From the human T2T-CHM13v2.0 reference genome, Homo sapiens: DNA of 64,000 nucleotides. Below the pieces are notes generated by a model. The model ran no database searches. It was not told the DNA's origin and worked only from the letters and a program-made list of their open reading frames with translations. Positions 42,286-54,667 of the stretch are shown here, in pieces. Location: the NCBI RefSeq assembly GCF_009914755.1, contig NC_060937.1; one strand, 5' to 3'. How positions within the stretch are numbered: position 1 is the stretch's first letter; every line of letters begins with the position of its first letter. The position numbers and the translations under genes are program-made.

Positions 42286-42401
42286 AAGCTGAGTGTTCCC
42301 AGGACATTGCTAGTGCAGCACCAATAATCTATATTTGGAAGAACTCTGGAAAGTGAAGAATGAATTGCTCAGTAATCTGGGAGGACATTAGCCATTTTCC
42401 A

Positions 42402-42415
42402 TGAGTCATGACTCA
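42402..42415. promoter_or_regulatory. Two abutting AP-1 (TRE) motifs forming a palindrome, TGAGTCA-TGACTCA
   Basis: Exact motif match; function untested. Confidence 0.35.
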
Positions 42416-42565
42416 AGGTTGTCTTCTATTCCCTGCACTGGAGAAGCAGTGGAGTCAGGAGAGACCCAGAGACTGGTGTTTAAAGATGGGTTTGTCTTCC
42501 ACCATGGGAATTCTAGCAAGCCATCATTTCAGACACTGTTTCTGTAAAATGGGATGGTAGATTGT

Positions 42566-43075
42566 GTGGTGAATAGAAGCCAGGGGGCCCTCATGCTCCT
42601 AACCTTCACATCCTTTCCTCTTGAATGCAAGCGAGACCGCCGACTTCCTTCCTTCTTCACGGATGTTGCTCCAGTTATTAGGCTTTGCGTTGTACTGTGC
42701 ACAGCTCCATCTTGGTAGAAGGAAGAGAGGCTCTTCTTGCTGGCCTGATGACGTGAGCAGCCATGCTGGGAACATCCCCACGCCAAGGCCAGTATCTCAT
42801 CAACAAACAGCATCAGCTGAGGCTCTGAATCATGCAGCTGCAAGCTGATTCTGCCCCAAACCTGAATGAGATTAAAAGTGGATTCTTGCATAGCTGAGAA
42901 CACAGCCCAGCTGACACCTGATTAGCCCCCATAAGGAATCCGTGGACTCCTGGCTCACAGAAACCATATCATGATGTGGAAAGAAATAATAACAAGACCA
43001 TGTTCCATTTCTTGTTAAGATTTGATAGTTGTGTTTCACTACATTAAGAAAGGTTAATAAACAAAAAGTATTTTT
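42566..43075 (+). mobile_element. MLT1 (D/E/F-like) MaLR LTR
   Basis: gctgattctgccccaaacctgaatgag..aagtggattctt, gagaacacagcccagctgacacctgattagcc, cctggctcacagaaac. Confidence 0.75.
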
Positions 43076-44375
43076 TCTTCCCTGACTCCCAACAGTCATA
43101 GTATCCTTTGGTCCTACAGAAGACTTTGTTTTAAACACTTCTTATATTGAAAATGAACTATTTTCTTATACATAAATGGCATGACCATCTTTCCTGCTAT
43201 ATAGGGACTGAGACGTTATCTGCTTTTTCTGCAACTAGCTTGTACTTGTGCTTAATGGTTTCTCTGTGGATGTCTGTAAATTGGAGGAAGGCAAGTCTTG
43301 AACCCTCTTAAATGCACATGGGGTGAACTCAATCTCATTTCTAATTCTCTTCCCAATCCTCTATAAATCCTACGGAGGAATTTTGTTAATCATCAATTCT
43401 AATTTTGGTCTATGAAAGTGTGCTCAGCACATGTACTGGTGTACAGGATGGAAATGATTCACTTGGAATAAAGACCACCCTGTAGATAACACACATAGGA
43501 AGGACTGGAAGCTATGGCTATGCTCATGTCCCAGAGTCTCTCAGTCTGTGGTTGTTCCTCGGGAAGCTCTAAACACACAGTTACAGAATTATGCAAAGCC
43601 TCTTACTTGATAAGATCTTCTGGAAATACTACATGGTCAAGAGCAGTCTACACACAGCTTTAAGCTTAAAGTCTGTTCCATCCCGCCACCACCAACAGGT
43701 ATCATCTTTGATGACTGTGAATTGCATATATTTGTATGTTGTTACAGAAAATCTAATTTAACCCTAAAAATGGAAATATACCAAGAGTTTATTTTATTCT
43801 CCTTAAGCAAAGGGTCCAAATAAATAAGTGGAGAAGGCATTGTCTGTGATGGCCCTCAGTCAATAAAACGTCGTGAGAGCCTTCTCAAGGCATCTTAGTT
43901 TCTGCTCTGTTTTGTTTTGTTTTTCTCCCTCCACCCTCCTCCATCAAGGGGGAGAGTGGAACATTTATGCTTATCCCTTCCTTAACCTTTGTGATACAGG
44001 AATATTTTGGATGGATAGGTAGAAATTTATTTTGCTTTACTAGCAAAAGTTATACACAAGGAATGATTTGTAAAATTGAATAAAGGAATCAATTAGTGTC
44101 CTTCGCTTTTTGGAAGGCTAACAACATACTATCTCAGAAATGGGGGGAAATGACTCTCCCACATGCTTTGAAGGAAGTTGAACCCTTGGTGGGAAGACTT
44201 AGGTTGATGAACCATTAGTGATATCTACTTTCATGGATATTGGACTTATTGGCACATTTTCCAGTTTATTAAAAAAATCCATTTAACCTTTCTGACAAAA
44301 GCAGGACTAAATCATCTGTGCTTTATGTGAGAGTACCCAATGATTGCCTCCACATGAAGACTTCTGAACCCTGGT

Positions 44376-44389
44376 GTTGCCATGGTAAT
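44376..44389. promoter_or_regulatory. RFX X-box-like motif GTTGCCATGGTAAT
   Basis: Close to the palindromic RFX consensus GTTGCCATGGCAAC; function untested. Confidence 0.3.
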
Positions 44390-44578
44390 GACTGAGTCTC
44401 AGAATTGGTTCACTTCAAATCATCCAAAAGTTCCTGTTTTAAAATGTCACCACTAGTAAACCCACTTTGCTTTTAAAATGTGTGGAGTGGAAATTCAGGG
44501 AAATAGCAAACCCTTTATTTGCCTCTGATATAGCAGTCCTAAAAGTACATACATATTTATGGATCTAATAAGTATTTG

Positions 44579-44728
<150 letters not shown>

Positions 44729-46199
44729 GATTTCCCAAGTTCATTTACTCTGAAGGCAAAATGGGTCAATATACATTTGAAGTACAGTGAAGTTATACAA
44801 TATTTTTACATTTATTACTTCCTGTGTCTGCTCTTTTCTGCATTTTTATGATGCTTAATTACAAACACAAAAGAAAACTAAGGTAAATAAATTTAGCTTC
44901 CATATCTAGTGCTTATAAACCTCTTTAATAACACTAAACTCCCAGAAGAATGAGGATCATTTCATCTTCCTAAGGATATAATAGCTATATTCCCCAGAGT
45001 TGCTGAGAATAATTTTATAAAACATCATAATGTAGAAAATATTTTAATGTATTGAAAATATGGCACAGGAAGAACTTCAGCCATATGTGCAATTCATGCA
45101 AATAAATCATGTCATTTCTGGCTGTTTAAAAGCCTGTTTAAAAGCTTTTTTTTCTTACTTATTGCATCTTTGGAAATAAAAAGAAAAATAAACTCATTGA
45201 CCAAAATGTGCTACTATGCAATCAATTTAAAAGATGAAATGTTTTTGCCTCACTCTATATCTAAAGTGGATTATTGATGGTGAAAAGATTTTTTTCAGTT
45301 TGACAGAAATGGCCAGTTATAATCTTGTAATTTAAATGCAGCTTCTTTAAAATATGAAGACTTCAAAGTTATTTATCCAAACCAACCTGATCATTTCTTA
45401 AGAGTGAATATACCTTGGAAGATGTGTCCTGCCTTTAGTAGCGTCACAATGGATTACATCCTCTATAAGGCAGTCTGGGGTGAGTGAAAGAGGGGGGCGG
45501 AAATTAGTGATTTCATTTGATTTAATTGTTGAATCATACTTAAGAACTTAATAAGGCTTTGTTCTTTAGAAAAACCAGAAACTGTAACTCAATGTGATTT
45601 TTGTTAAGCTCTTGATGCTTTTCCATGAAAGATTATTTTGAATTCTTAAGGTGGTAGAATAGGAAATTATCACATAAAAATACATGAAAATAGACGTGTA
45701 CAGACATTTTTGTCAGGACAAAAGGAAAACCCTCTGCTCAGATAATGGCAGTTTATCAAGAATCCTGACGAAATGCTTGGTTTCTCCCTTCAATGGGCCA
45801 CCCACTGCTGTCCAGGTAGGAAATTTCCTGCCATGGACAATCTGGAAGTGTCTGAGAGACTGTCTATACTCAGCTCAGTGAGTGAAAAGAGAAAACCTGT
45901 GATGGGCAAATAGTCTGGATGATGAGACCAAGATTAATTTGTTCCGTCCATCTGACTGGGTGGAGTGCATATGTGCTATGTTGTTGTAGACTCCAAACAT
46001 CTAAATTGTTCAGACCAGACCAATCTGGATATTTGGTGAAAGGAAAGCTCATAGAAAAATTTTTCAGAGTTTTTACTTTGTGCAATTTTATAATTTTATA
46101 TTATCTAAAGTTTTAGCTTGAAAATATGAAAGACAAGCATCCAATTGATGGAAGAAGAAAAGAGAGTTTTCCTTTTAGATGATTGTGTCTGAACTATTA

Positions 46200-46380
46200 G
46201 GCTTATTATGCTTCTAAGTGCTTTAGATATTTTCATGTGTTTACTTCTCACAATATGACAGCTGAGGAAATGGAGGAACTAGAGGTCAGTAATTAGCCCA
46301 GGGACACATCTCAGTTGCACAGGCAGTATTTGAACACAGCATTCCAGCCATGGTGATGATGTTTTTAACAGCTCCATTAT
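46200..46380 (-). mobile_element. MIR fragment
   Basis: gctgaggaaatggaggaactagaggtcagtaattagcccagggacac. Confidence 0.55.
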
Positions 46381-46529
46381 ATTTCCATTTCATGGTCAAA
46401 TACCTTCATTGAATAATTTAAAATTTCATTTAATTAAGTAGGTCTGGCATTATTCAGATCCAAATTTAAACCAGTTCAGCAAGCCATCTCAAAATACAGT
46501 AATTGGGTATTAAGAAATTATCTAGGCAT

Positions 46530-47300
46530 TCTCTAAATTTATTTACATATTCAACGAGCATTGAAAATTATGTATCAGATATTCTGCCCAATCAGAGGCT
46601 AACATCTGCCACAAGACAAATATGGTGCCTGCCCCCGTGGAGCTCATATTCGAATGGAGAAAATGTCAACAAGTATCCCACGGAGTGAACACTTCAAAAG
46701 GAGAAGCACAGGTTGGTGTGATTAGAAATGGCAGGTGTTTATGAACGGGGTGCCAGTGCAGGGAGAAAAGGCCTGTATCGAAGGACACTGTTGATGCTGA
46801 GATTTGAAGGGTGGGCAGCAATTAAACAGTTGATGGTGTGGAGAGTGAGCCACACTCCAGGATAGGAAGACCAACGTGATAAGTGAGCAGAGCAGAGGGA
46901 CCCTGGCTGTCCAGGAGGCAGGGCTCAGTTACTCAGGGCCCCACCGTCAAGCTGAAGATTGGAGACTTCATTTGGTAGGCAATAGGAAGCCACTTAAGGC
47001 TTAAGCCTCTAAGGACCATGCCCCAAATACAGGTTTAAAAAGGTTTCTCTGGTTATGGTTTTAGGTGAGAAAATCGAATTTGGACACCGTTGAGGAGACT
47101 ATTGCAGTCATCCAAGCTCAAGATGGTGGAGCTTCATCCTTGAGAATAACCAATGGGGATAGATTTAAGAGACACTTAGAGTCTGCAGCCAACAGGGCTG
47201 AATGAGCAGTAAGTAGGAGCACAGCTGGGTGATGTGGTGGAGGGAAAGAGAGGAGTCAGTAACAGCTCCCCTGTTTCTGGCCTTAACATGTAACTAGGTA
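46530..47300 (-). mobile_element. L2 3' fragment
   Basis: atttatttacatattcaacgagcattg...gatgctgagatttgaagg...aggagactattgcagtcatccaagc. Confidence 0.7.
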
Positions 47301-47811
47301 CCTGTCTGGACTTCTGTGTCTCAAAATATGAAGCAGCCCATACTACTACTTCCTTTGTTTCTGCAGCTGATGGAATAATAGAAACGTTTTCAATTTTTGT
47401 CAGAATACCTTCATAACACACACATACAATTAAAATAGCCTTTACATTTTTTACATTCCTATATTTATATTTACACTTAACATTATTGAGAAAAGCCCAC
47501 ACTTGATGTACATTGTACCAGTTGTACTGTTCTGCTTGCCCCATCAGGAAAGCAACTCTGGAAAAAGTGTGGTTGTTTACAGTTTCCTGGTTATTTAAAT
47601 TGACTGTAAAAGGTGATATGGTTCTTCAATATTATTGAATAGTGTTGCTGAGACTTTCTTGAATGTTACTGAACTTCTGTAATAACATCACTCAACAACT
47701 GAGATTATCCTATCCTAAATAATGGTTGATGTGATGTAAATGCCAGTCCATCAGTCATACAGACAAAACCCAAGATGATGTTTTGATTGTCATTGAGACA
47801 AAGTTATTCTT

Positions 47812-48050
47812 GCAATAATAAGAATGGCCAATGCTCATGGAGTGCCTTCTACCTTCCAGGCACCAACTGAGAGCTTCACACATATTAACTCACTCAATCC
47901 TGCTAGCAATACTCCCAAAGATGGTAATATTTTTGTCTTCACTTTGGGGATGAGCAAAGTGAAGACATAGAAATTTAGTATCCTGACCAAAGTCAAATGC
48001 TGGATAAGTGGTGGAGACAGAATTGAAAGCTGTTAGGCTGCCTGGAGTGA
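47812..48050 (-). mobile_element. MIR, near full length
   Basis: aataataagaatggccaatgctcatggagtgcc...attaactcactcaatcct...gatgagcaaagtgaagacatagaa. Confidence 0.75.
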
Positions 48051-50820
48051 ACGTCATCAGAAAAATGCAAGACCTCTTTTTACGGAGAGTTATTCTTCTG
48101 CCCCAAAGATGGAAAGCTAAATTTCTGATTGTGTATGTGAATAAGCAAATTTTAAAATAATCACATTTAATGCACATACACTGTGTCTTTTCCCTAGGAG
48201 AGTTATGATTCAGAAGATCATCTAAAATTGAACAGCTGCCACTACTGGCAATAAGTCTACTGCCATTTGGTAGATAACCTTCTTATCACACAGAAAAATA
48301 TCAGTACAGACAAATAGACTGCAAAGAAAATGAGACCATCAGCAAAGAAGATAAAGAAGTTTGTACAAAGCAACTTTTTATAAATGGATGGCTGTCAGGC
48401 AAAAATAAATTTCCTGTGGACAAGACCAAGAGCAAGGCAAGAGGAAAATAAACATGTTTAAACTATTGGAGAGTCCATAATTTAAATATAAACTCTTCTG
48501 TTGAGTGGTAGTGTGCACCGAATCAGTTCCAGGGATGGCAATAAATGTTACGCTGCATTTTAGGAAGTATGGGAGAGGAAGCTGGGGCAAGAGGAACTAA
48601 TGCATGATTAATGCTAGATATTTGGAATTGCCTAGAGCAAAGGAGGTTGGGGGCTGCAGAAAACTAGATCTTTGAAGATTTAATAGATTCCTCATTCTAT
48701 GTCAGTCAGCCCACTTAGATTTGTCACGTGTTAGCTCTGTTTTTCTTTACATTTAGTATTTTTAGTAATGGCTTTTACATTTTTAAAAATCAGGTTGAAT
48801 TTAAGCTAATGGACAATAAAACTTCAGGGTTAGAGATACTGTTTTTATTCAGCAACTAGATGAGGATCTGCAATGAATGAGAATTTGGAAATTGATGTTT
48901 TTATAGTGACACAAGCTGCATCACTATGAGATGTTCTTAGAGAGGAAATATTTGAAATTTTTAATATTTGCATTTTAAATTGGAATTGAGAAATGGGCAA
49001 ATGAAGACATAGCTCAATGGTCAAATTAAACATTACTTGTTATTCTAAATGCAAGATTCTAGTTAAATTAGAAGGGTGGAAAAGTGTTGTTAATTATTTT
49101 TTCTTCATAGGAATGTAAAATCAACTATAAAAAATTAATGCATGAGACCCAGGGATTAGCATTACAGCAAATTCAGTGATTTTTGCAATCCATGCCTTTA
49201 CAAAGAATGTGTGATTACTTTGTCTAGACTTTGTAGCACACTATAATAAATAGAGACTGACAATATCAATATATTTCATAAATACATGACTGGAATTTAC
49301 AGTATTTCTGACGATTAATATTTTCTCAACTACCCTAGGTAAAGCAATGTGTACATCTTATAAAGGCAAATCTGTTGATAATGCCATTTGCTAGCAGACA
49401 AAAAAATAGTAATGGCATTTATTTCTCTGAATATATTCATCTTCTCAAGTAAACCTGGGAAATCTGAACTGAAATCCATAGATAATTCATTAGCTTCAGT
49501 TCATGGGTTTGTGTTCTTGGAGTCTTCTCATACATATAATATCCTAGCACAGTTTTTGTAAGATTGCTTCATGGAATGATTTCTTTTTCCTGAAAGGGCT
49601 AAGCTCATATAAAATCAACTATGATGGGTTACTTGTAAAGCTATCGATTGACATGGAGCTGAAATGGCTTCTTTCTAAAAAAATTCTTCTAGAGATACAC
49701 ACGTTTTTGTAATGAAACCACTAACAGCAGATGGGAGTTCATTGATACTTGTGCCAAAAGGCTTCCATTTTTTCAGTTTCTTAGAGCTGTGGATACAGCA
49801 AAGGCAACTAAAAATATAATTTTGGAGAACAATTAGTCACTCTCAGGAAATCTATAAATATTCTGGGAAAGCAACATGGCATACACATTCTGCTCCACAA
49901 AAAAGATGACTACATTATATTATATTATGTCATGATTTGCAATGTTATGTGATGCATACATGCTTCACAATTCTTTTTTACTTGTATATTTAGAAGATTC
50001 TAAAAAAAGAAATAGTTCTTTTGGCTGCAAAATTTGCAGAGAATGTCTGAATGCACCCTCTTCCCACCTCCTGCCACTGCGTGGCTGCCTCTCTGCATAG
50101 TTCTTCCATCACTCTCCCTAAATGAATGAAAGCTTTTGCTTGCCTCATACCTGTGAAGTTCCTCCACAAATACACATTCCTATAAAAATAAACCAAAAAA
50201 AAAAAAGAGCTAGAGAAGCTGAACATGTGGAGAGCGCTTGTTTTTCTATAAGACGATCTTGATTTCTCTTAGGGATTTTGGGATATTGGCCAGCTCTGAA
50301 GTTCTTGGATGTGGTAAAATCATGGACACACCTACGCATGAGTGTGGGTATAGTCAGGAATTGGTTGACCCATCTCAGAAGTCAGCATTGGTCTAGGTAC
50401 TCACATATAGGAACTATAATATAAAATGTTGATATATAAATATTATTAATAGGTGGCATTGTAGCACACTGCCAATATTTCTTTAAAGGATAGCAATTTC
50501 TTGATATTAGTTATTTAGAAGTATAGTGGTTAAAATAACTTATATTCTGTGTTTATCTTTTCAAATCATGCTTATATATACTATTGTTTTCATCATTAGG
50601 AATTAGCTTTCAGAATACCCTTTCCAGACACCATGAATGATTTAACAAATGTTTATGCTTTGAGTTTCAGATATACCCGGCTTTTAAAATTGAAAACCAT
50701 AGCCTAGAATTCTGATTGAATATGCATAACAAGATGGGAGCATGAGAAGAAAATTTTTATTGATCTTTAAAATATAAACCAAATGACTCTCACTACTGAT
50801 TTTAGACTTGTGAATTAAAA

Positions 50821-50910
50821 CAGGGGTCCATGAACTATGTGTAGAGGGTCAAATCTGGCCCACTGCCTGGTTATATAAATAAAGTGTTGTTGAAACACAG
50901 CCACACCATT
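50821..50910. mobile_element. MER58-like hAT-Charlie fragment
   Basis: caggggtc..aactatg...caaatctggcccactgcctgg..ataaataaagt..ttgaaacacagccac. Confidence 0.7.
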
Positions 50911-50929
50911 GCAGCTATGTAACTAGGGG

Positions 50930-51577
50930 GATATCAGCTCTACCCCTATGTCTGTGGTAAGTTAATGGGTCCTGCTATAATCCCCTTGTCTTGTCAAGGT
51001 TTTGCTCCAGAATGGAGATGAAAATTAATGGTAAAAGAACCATAAAGATAGGTCTTCTCAGAAGCTTCTGAGAAATGTCCTGGATCTTAAGAAAGAAGCA
51101 CAGGAACATGCTCTTCCTTTTTTGCCAAAATCCAGTGCTGTCCAATACAGCTCCTTGAAAATATGTAAATCGTCTATATCTGTGCAATCCAATATGATGG
51201 CCACTAGCTACATGTGGTTGTTTAGCTTTAAAATGTGACTAATTCCACTGGATAACTGAACTTTGGTTTTATCAATTTTGATGAATTTAATGTAAATAGC
51301 CAGGTATGGCGAGTGATGATGAGTCTGAAAAGCATATTTCTAGATGGCGTCATGCTTGGATAAAGGTCATTGTTGTGTTACAAGCAGGCAGATGAAACGA
51401 ATAACAAGGATTGCACAAGGAGCAGTGGAAAAATCCCACATCCTTGGTGCATTATTGAACCTCTAAACAAACCAGCCCAGATGATTACTCTAACCTTGTT
51501 AAGTATTTATAAAACATTCCTTATTAGTTAGGTTTGAATTTCTGTTTCATTTATTTAAAACATCTTAACTAATATAC
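50930..51577 (+). mobile_element. Old MLT1-type LTR with a nested MER3/MER33-like hAT relic (about 51135-51340)
   Basis: MLT-like end aaaacatcttaactaatatac; MER-like core tccaatatgatggccactagctacatgtgg. Confidence 0.5.
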
Positions 51578-51665
51578 ACTAGCCCTTTAGTTTATGCTGC
51601 CTACACTCTTCACCTTTACTCTGAATAAAATGTAAGTGATGTCATTGTGAGAGGCATGCTTTAGT

Positions 51666-51977
51666 CTTTTTGTTTGTTTGTTTGTTCTGTTTTTTGAGGC
51701 AGAGTCTCACTCTGTCACCCAGGCTGGAGTGCAGTGGTGTGATCTCCACTCACTGTAACCTCCACCTCTCAGGTTCAAGTGATTCTCTTGTCTAAGCCTC
51801 CCAAATAGCTGGTATTACAGGTGTGTGCCACCATGCCCAGCTAATTTTTATATTTTTAGTAGAGATGGGTTTTCCCTATGTTGGCCAGGCTGGTCTCAAA
51901 CTCCTGACCTCAAGTGATCCACCCACCTAGGCCTCCCAAACCATTGGGATTACAGGCATGAGCCACTGCTCCCGGCC
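51666..51977 (-). mobile_element. AluS (Sz-like), antisense
   Basis: Full Alu; TSD ttagtctttt on both sides. Confidence 0.97.
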
Positions 51978-52048
51978 ACCTTAGTCTTTTTTTGTGCAGC
52001 CCTCAATGCTTGTGATGCTGAACACTGCATGTGTTCATTAAAAAAGAG

Positions 52049-52181
52049 CCCAGAAGCAGGTGTAGACCATTTCCTCACATTTGAAGCTCTGCCAACAGGC
52101 TTCCATTTTTTCAGTTTCTTAGAGCTGTGCATATAGAGGAAAGCTCAAAATGTGAGGAAATGGTCTACACCTGCTTCTGGG
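52049..52181. repeat. Perfect 34-bp inverted repeat with a 65-nt spacer
   Basis: cccagaagcaggtgtagaccatttcctcacattt (52049-52082) is the exact reverse complement of aaatgtgaggaaatggtctacacctgcttctggg (52148-52181). Confidence 0.97.
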
Positions 52182-53329
52182 AGGTAGGTGGCAGACTGCC
52201 AGAAGGGAGACTGCCTTGTGACAGTCGCTAGTGCACTCAGTAACTAGAGGAGGAGGTCTAGCTTGTACACAAACAAACAGAGAAGCAGGCTGCATACCAG
52301 TCCAGATGTAGAGAACCACAGCACTCCCTCAAACTTCCTCTCAGCAGTTATTCTGCAAGATAGAAATCTGATCACTGGAGAGTCATTCTATCATTTAAAA
52401 CACTGACTTTCTACATAATTGAGATACAGCTTTCTCCTAAATAGAAAATTACATAGCAATCAAATGTAGAAGATAGCAGAGGAAAGTCCAGCTGCTCAGG
52501 GGAAAGTGGGTGGTTGGAGGCTCAAAGTCCTTTCCTCCCCTCTCCAGCTGGCCTGACTGATCCCCTTCTAAGGACCCACAGGGACCTTCCAGCAAGCCCT
52601 AGGCTTCTACGAAGCTCACTTTCAAAACCTCAAATTTATATGTAACTTCGTTCCTTGCTAAAACACAAATCTATTCAAAAAGGGTAAGTTTTGTAAGATA
52701 TTAAGCCTTTAGTTATCAAATAGTCTACCATTATAATATGCAAGAAACAAAAAAAAATTGACATTGTAGGTTCAATATTGAAGGAAATAAGGGCCTTGTT
52801 TGTAATTTTTTATGCCAGAAGAATTGACAAGGCTAATTGTGAAACAGTTGAATGTGAGCCTAGAATTGTAAAAGGCAGTATTCCTAAAATACACACTTTT
52901 TCCTTCTTAAATACTTTTTAAAAAGTTCTAGCATAGAAATAATATACATTTAATAAAATAAGGAAAGGTAGGAAGAATTATCACTAATAATTTTACTGCT
53001 AACCAAGTGTCACTGTTAAAATATCTAAAATTTCTTTCCAATATTATTCTGTGACTATATTTTTCTCTGTTGTAATAATATTCAACATGTAATATTCTTT
53101 CTTCACATATTAATTAAGAAGAATCCTTCCGTATTATATTAGTTGAGAATACATTATTTTAATGATGTCTGTGGGTATTGTGTGTGTTGTGTGGGTATGT
53201 ATTTTTTAATGGTTATTTCTCAGAGAATACAGTTTAAATCAGAAAAAAGCAGAAAATAAAAATAAGACAAAAAAATTACAATTTTATCATTCTATAAACA
53301 ATATATAGATTGAACTTTGAATTTTATTT

Positions 53330-53635
53330 AGTTTTGGTTAATTTGCATGTAAATAGCCTTGTAGCTAGTGGCCATTGTATTGACGAGCATAGCCCTAAAT
53401 AGTGTCTTTCCTGGATACAAGTCACCCTTCTGCTCCAGGTCTTCAGAAAGAGCAACAGTAAGGACAGACAAGAGAAGCAACTGAGAGAACCCCAGGCCTT
53501 GGTGCACCTTGGCCTCCACATAAACCAGCCCTGATGGCCACCCTAACTCCAGGTTTCCTGTCATAGATTTATAAAGTTCTTTACTGTTTAGTTGGAATTT
53601 CAGTTGCATGGATCTGAAAACATCCTAACTAGCAC
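53330..53635 (+). mobile_element. Old MLT1-type LTR fragment
   Basis: End motif gtttagttggaatttcagttgcatggatctgaaaacatcctaactagcac. Confidence 0.55.
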
Positions 53636-53939
53636 AATTTTTCCCTTAATTGTATTAATTGTGCCCTATCTTTACCAAGATATTGCTCTGTGCTTATTAG
53701 CATTAAACATTATCCTTCAAAAAAATCTGCAATGGTTTTCTAACAAAAAGGAAAACTAAGCTTTCTTGCTTGCTGCCTGTGACACAATATTGAAATCTTA
53801 CTTAAATTCTCAACAACTGAAGGGGTTACCCCTGATGTGCAAATGAGGAAATTATAACACAGTATGCAGTGAGTTGTACACCCCAACACAGTCAGATTCT
53901 AAGCTCCAAGTCCATTGTATGTTTCACCAACATTATACA

Positions 53940-54262
53940 ACAAAACACTATTTCAGGTCTTTGAACATATGTCATTTTCTCCTGGAAGCCTTCTCCTTTC
54001 ATCCTACTTAGAACTGCTACACCTGCCATCCACAGGTGTAACGGCCCTTCCCCACACACCTGCCCTGTTTCCTTTTCCTCTGTTGTATTTCATACTAACA
54101 TCAAATAATATATTATTTATTTGTGTAATTTTTATTGTCTCCTATAATAACATGGGCTTTGCCATGGTAGAGGTATCTGTTGCTTTTGTTCAATGCTGTA
54201 TTCCCAATATGTGCACATAAAAGATATTCAAAAATCATGTGTGGAATGAATGAATGAATGAC
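53940..54262 (+). mobile_element. L2 3' end
   Basis: tctgttgcttttgttcaatgctgtattccca...gaatgaatgaatgaatga. Confidence 0.7.
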
Positions 54263-54646
54263 GAATCAGATTCTAGTTTGTTTTCCTTTTGTTATTAGTG
54301 CCATTAAGCATTTTTTCATAATGATTGGTCAATTACATTCTGTTTTTGAATTACGCCTATTTCTCCTCTGTGCCATGAATTGAATCTGGCCCCTTTACAC
54401 AACACAATGCCGTGTTGTAGAAGCCTAGGTGTGGAGAATGATCTTTGCTAGAGTCCTCTTCCCATGTCCAGCTGAATGGTTTCTTGCAGTTATTTTTCTG
54501 GATATCAACCTCATGGCTCATGATCCAGCACTTGAGTCTTGGGAAGTTATGCCTGTCCAGAGAGACTTAAACCACTTTTGCCAGACTGTGGTATGTTAGC
54601 TGCAAAATCCATTTAGGGTGTCACATGCTACATAGCTGGAGTTTAT

Positions 54647-54667
54647 GGGAAACCCCTGGGAAACCCC
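54647..54667. promoter_or_regulatory. Tandem NF-kB-consensus motifs, GGGAAACCCC x2
   Basis: Two exact matches to GGGRNWYYCC separated by 1 nt; function untested. Confidence 0.35.

Noticed and set aside
45488-45505. GC-box/E2F-like gggggcggaaa
   Set aside because: Isolated motif with no CpG island or other promoter evidence
52049-52181. MITE or piggyBac-like element (CCC...GGG ends)
   Set aside because: No TTAA, TA or 8-bp TSD, and the interior is a copy of local sequence
51481-53635. Similarity between about 51500-51577 and 53570-53635
   Set aside because: Both are 3' ends of old MLT1-type LTRs; shared ancestry explains it
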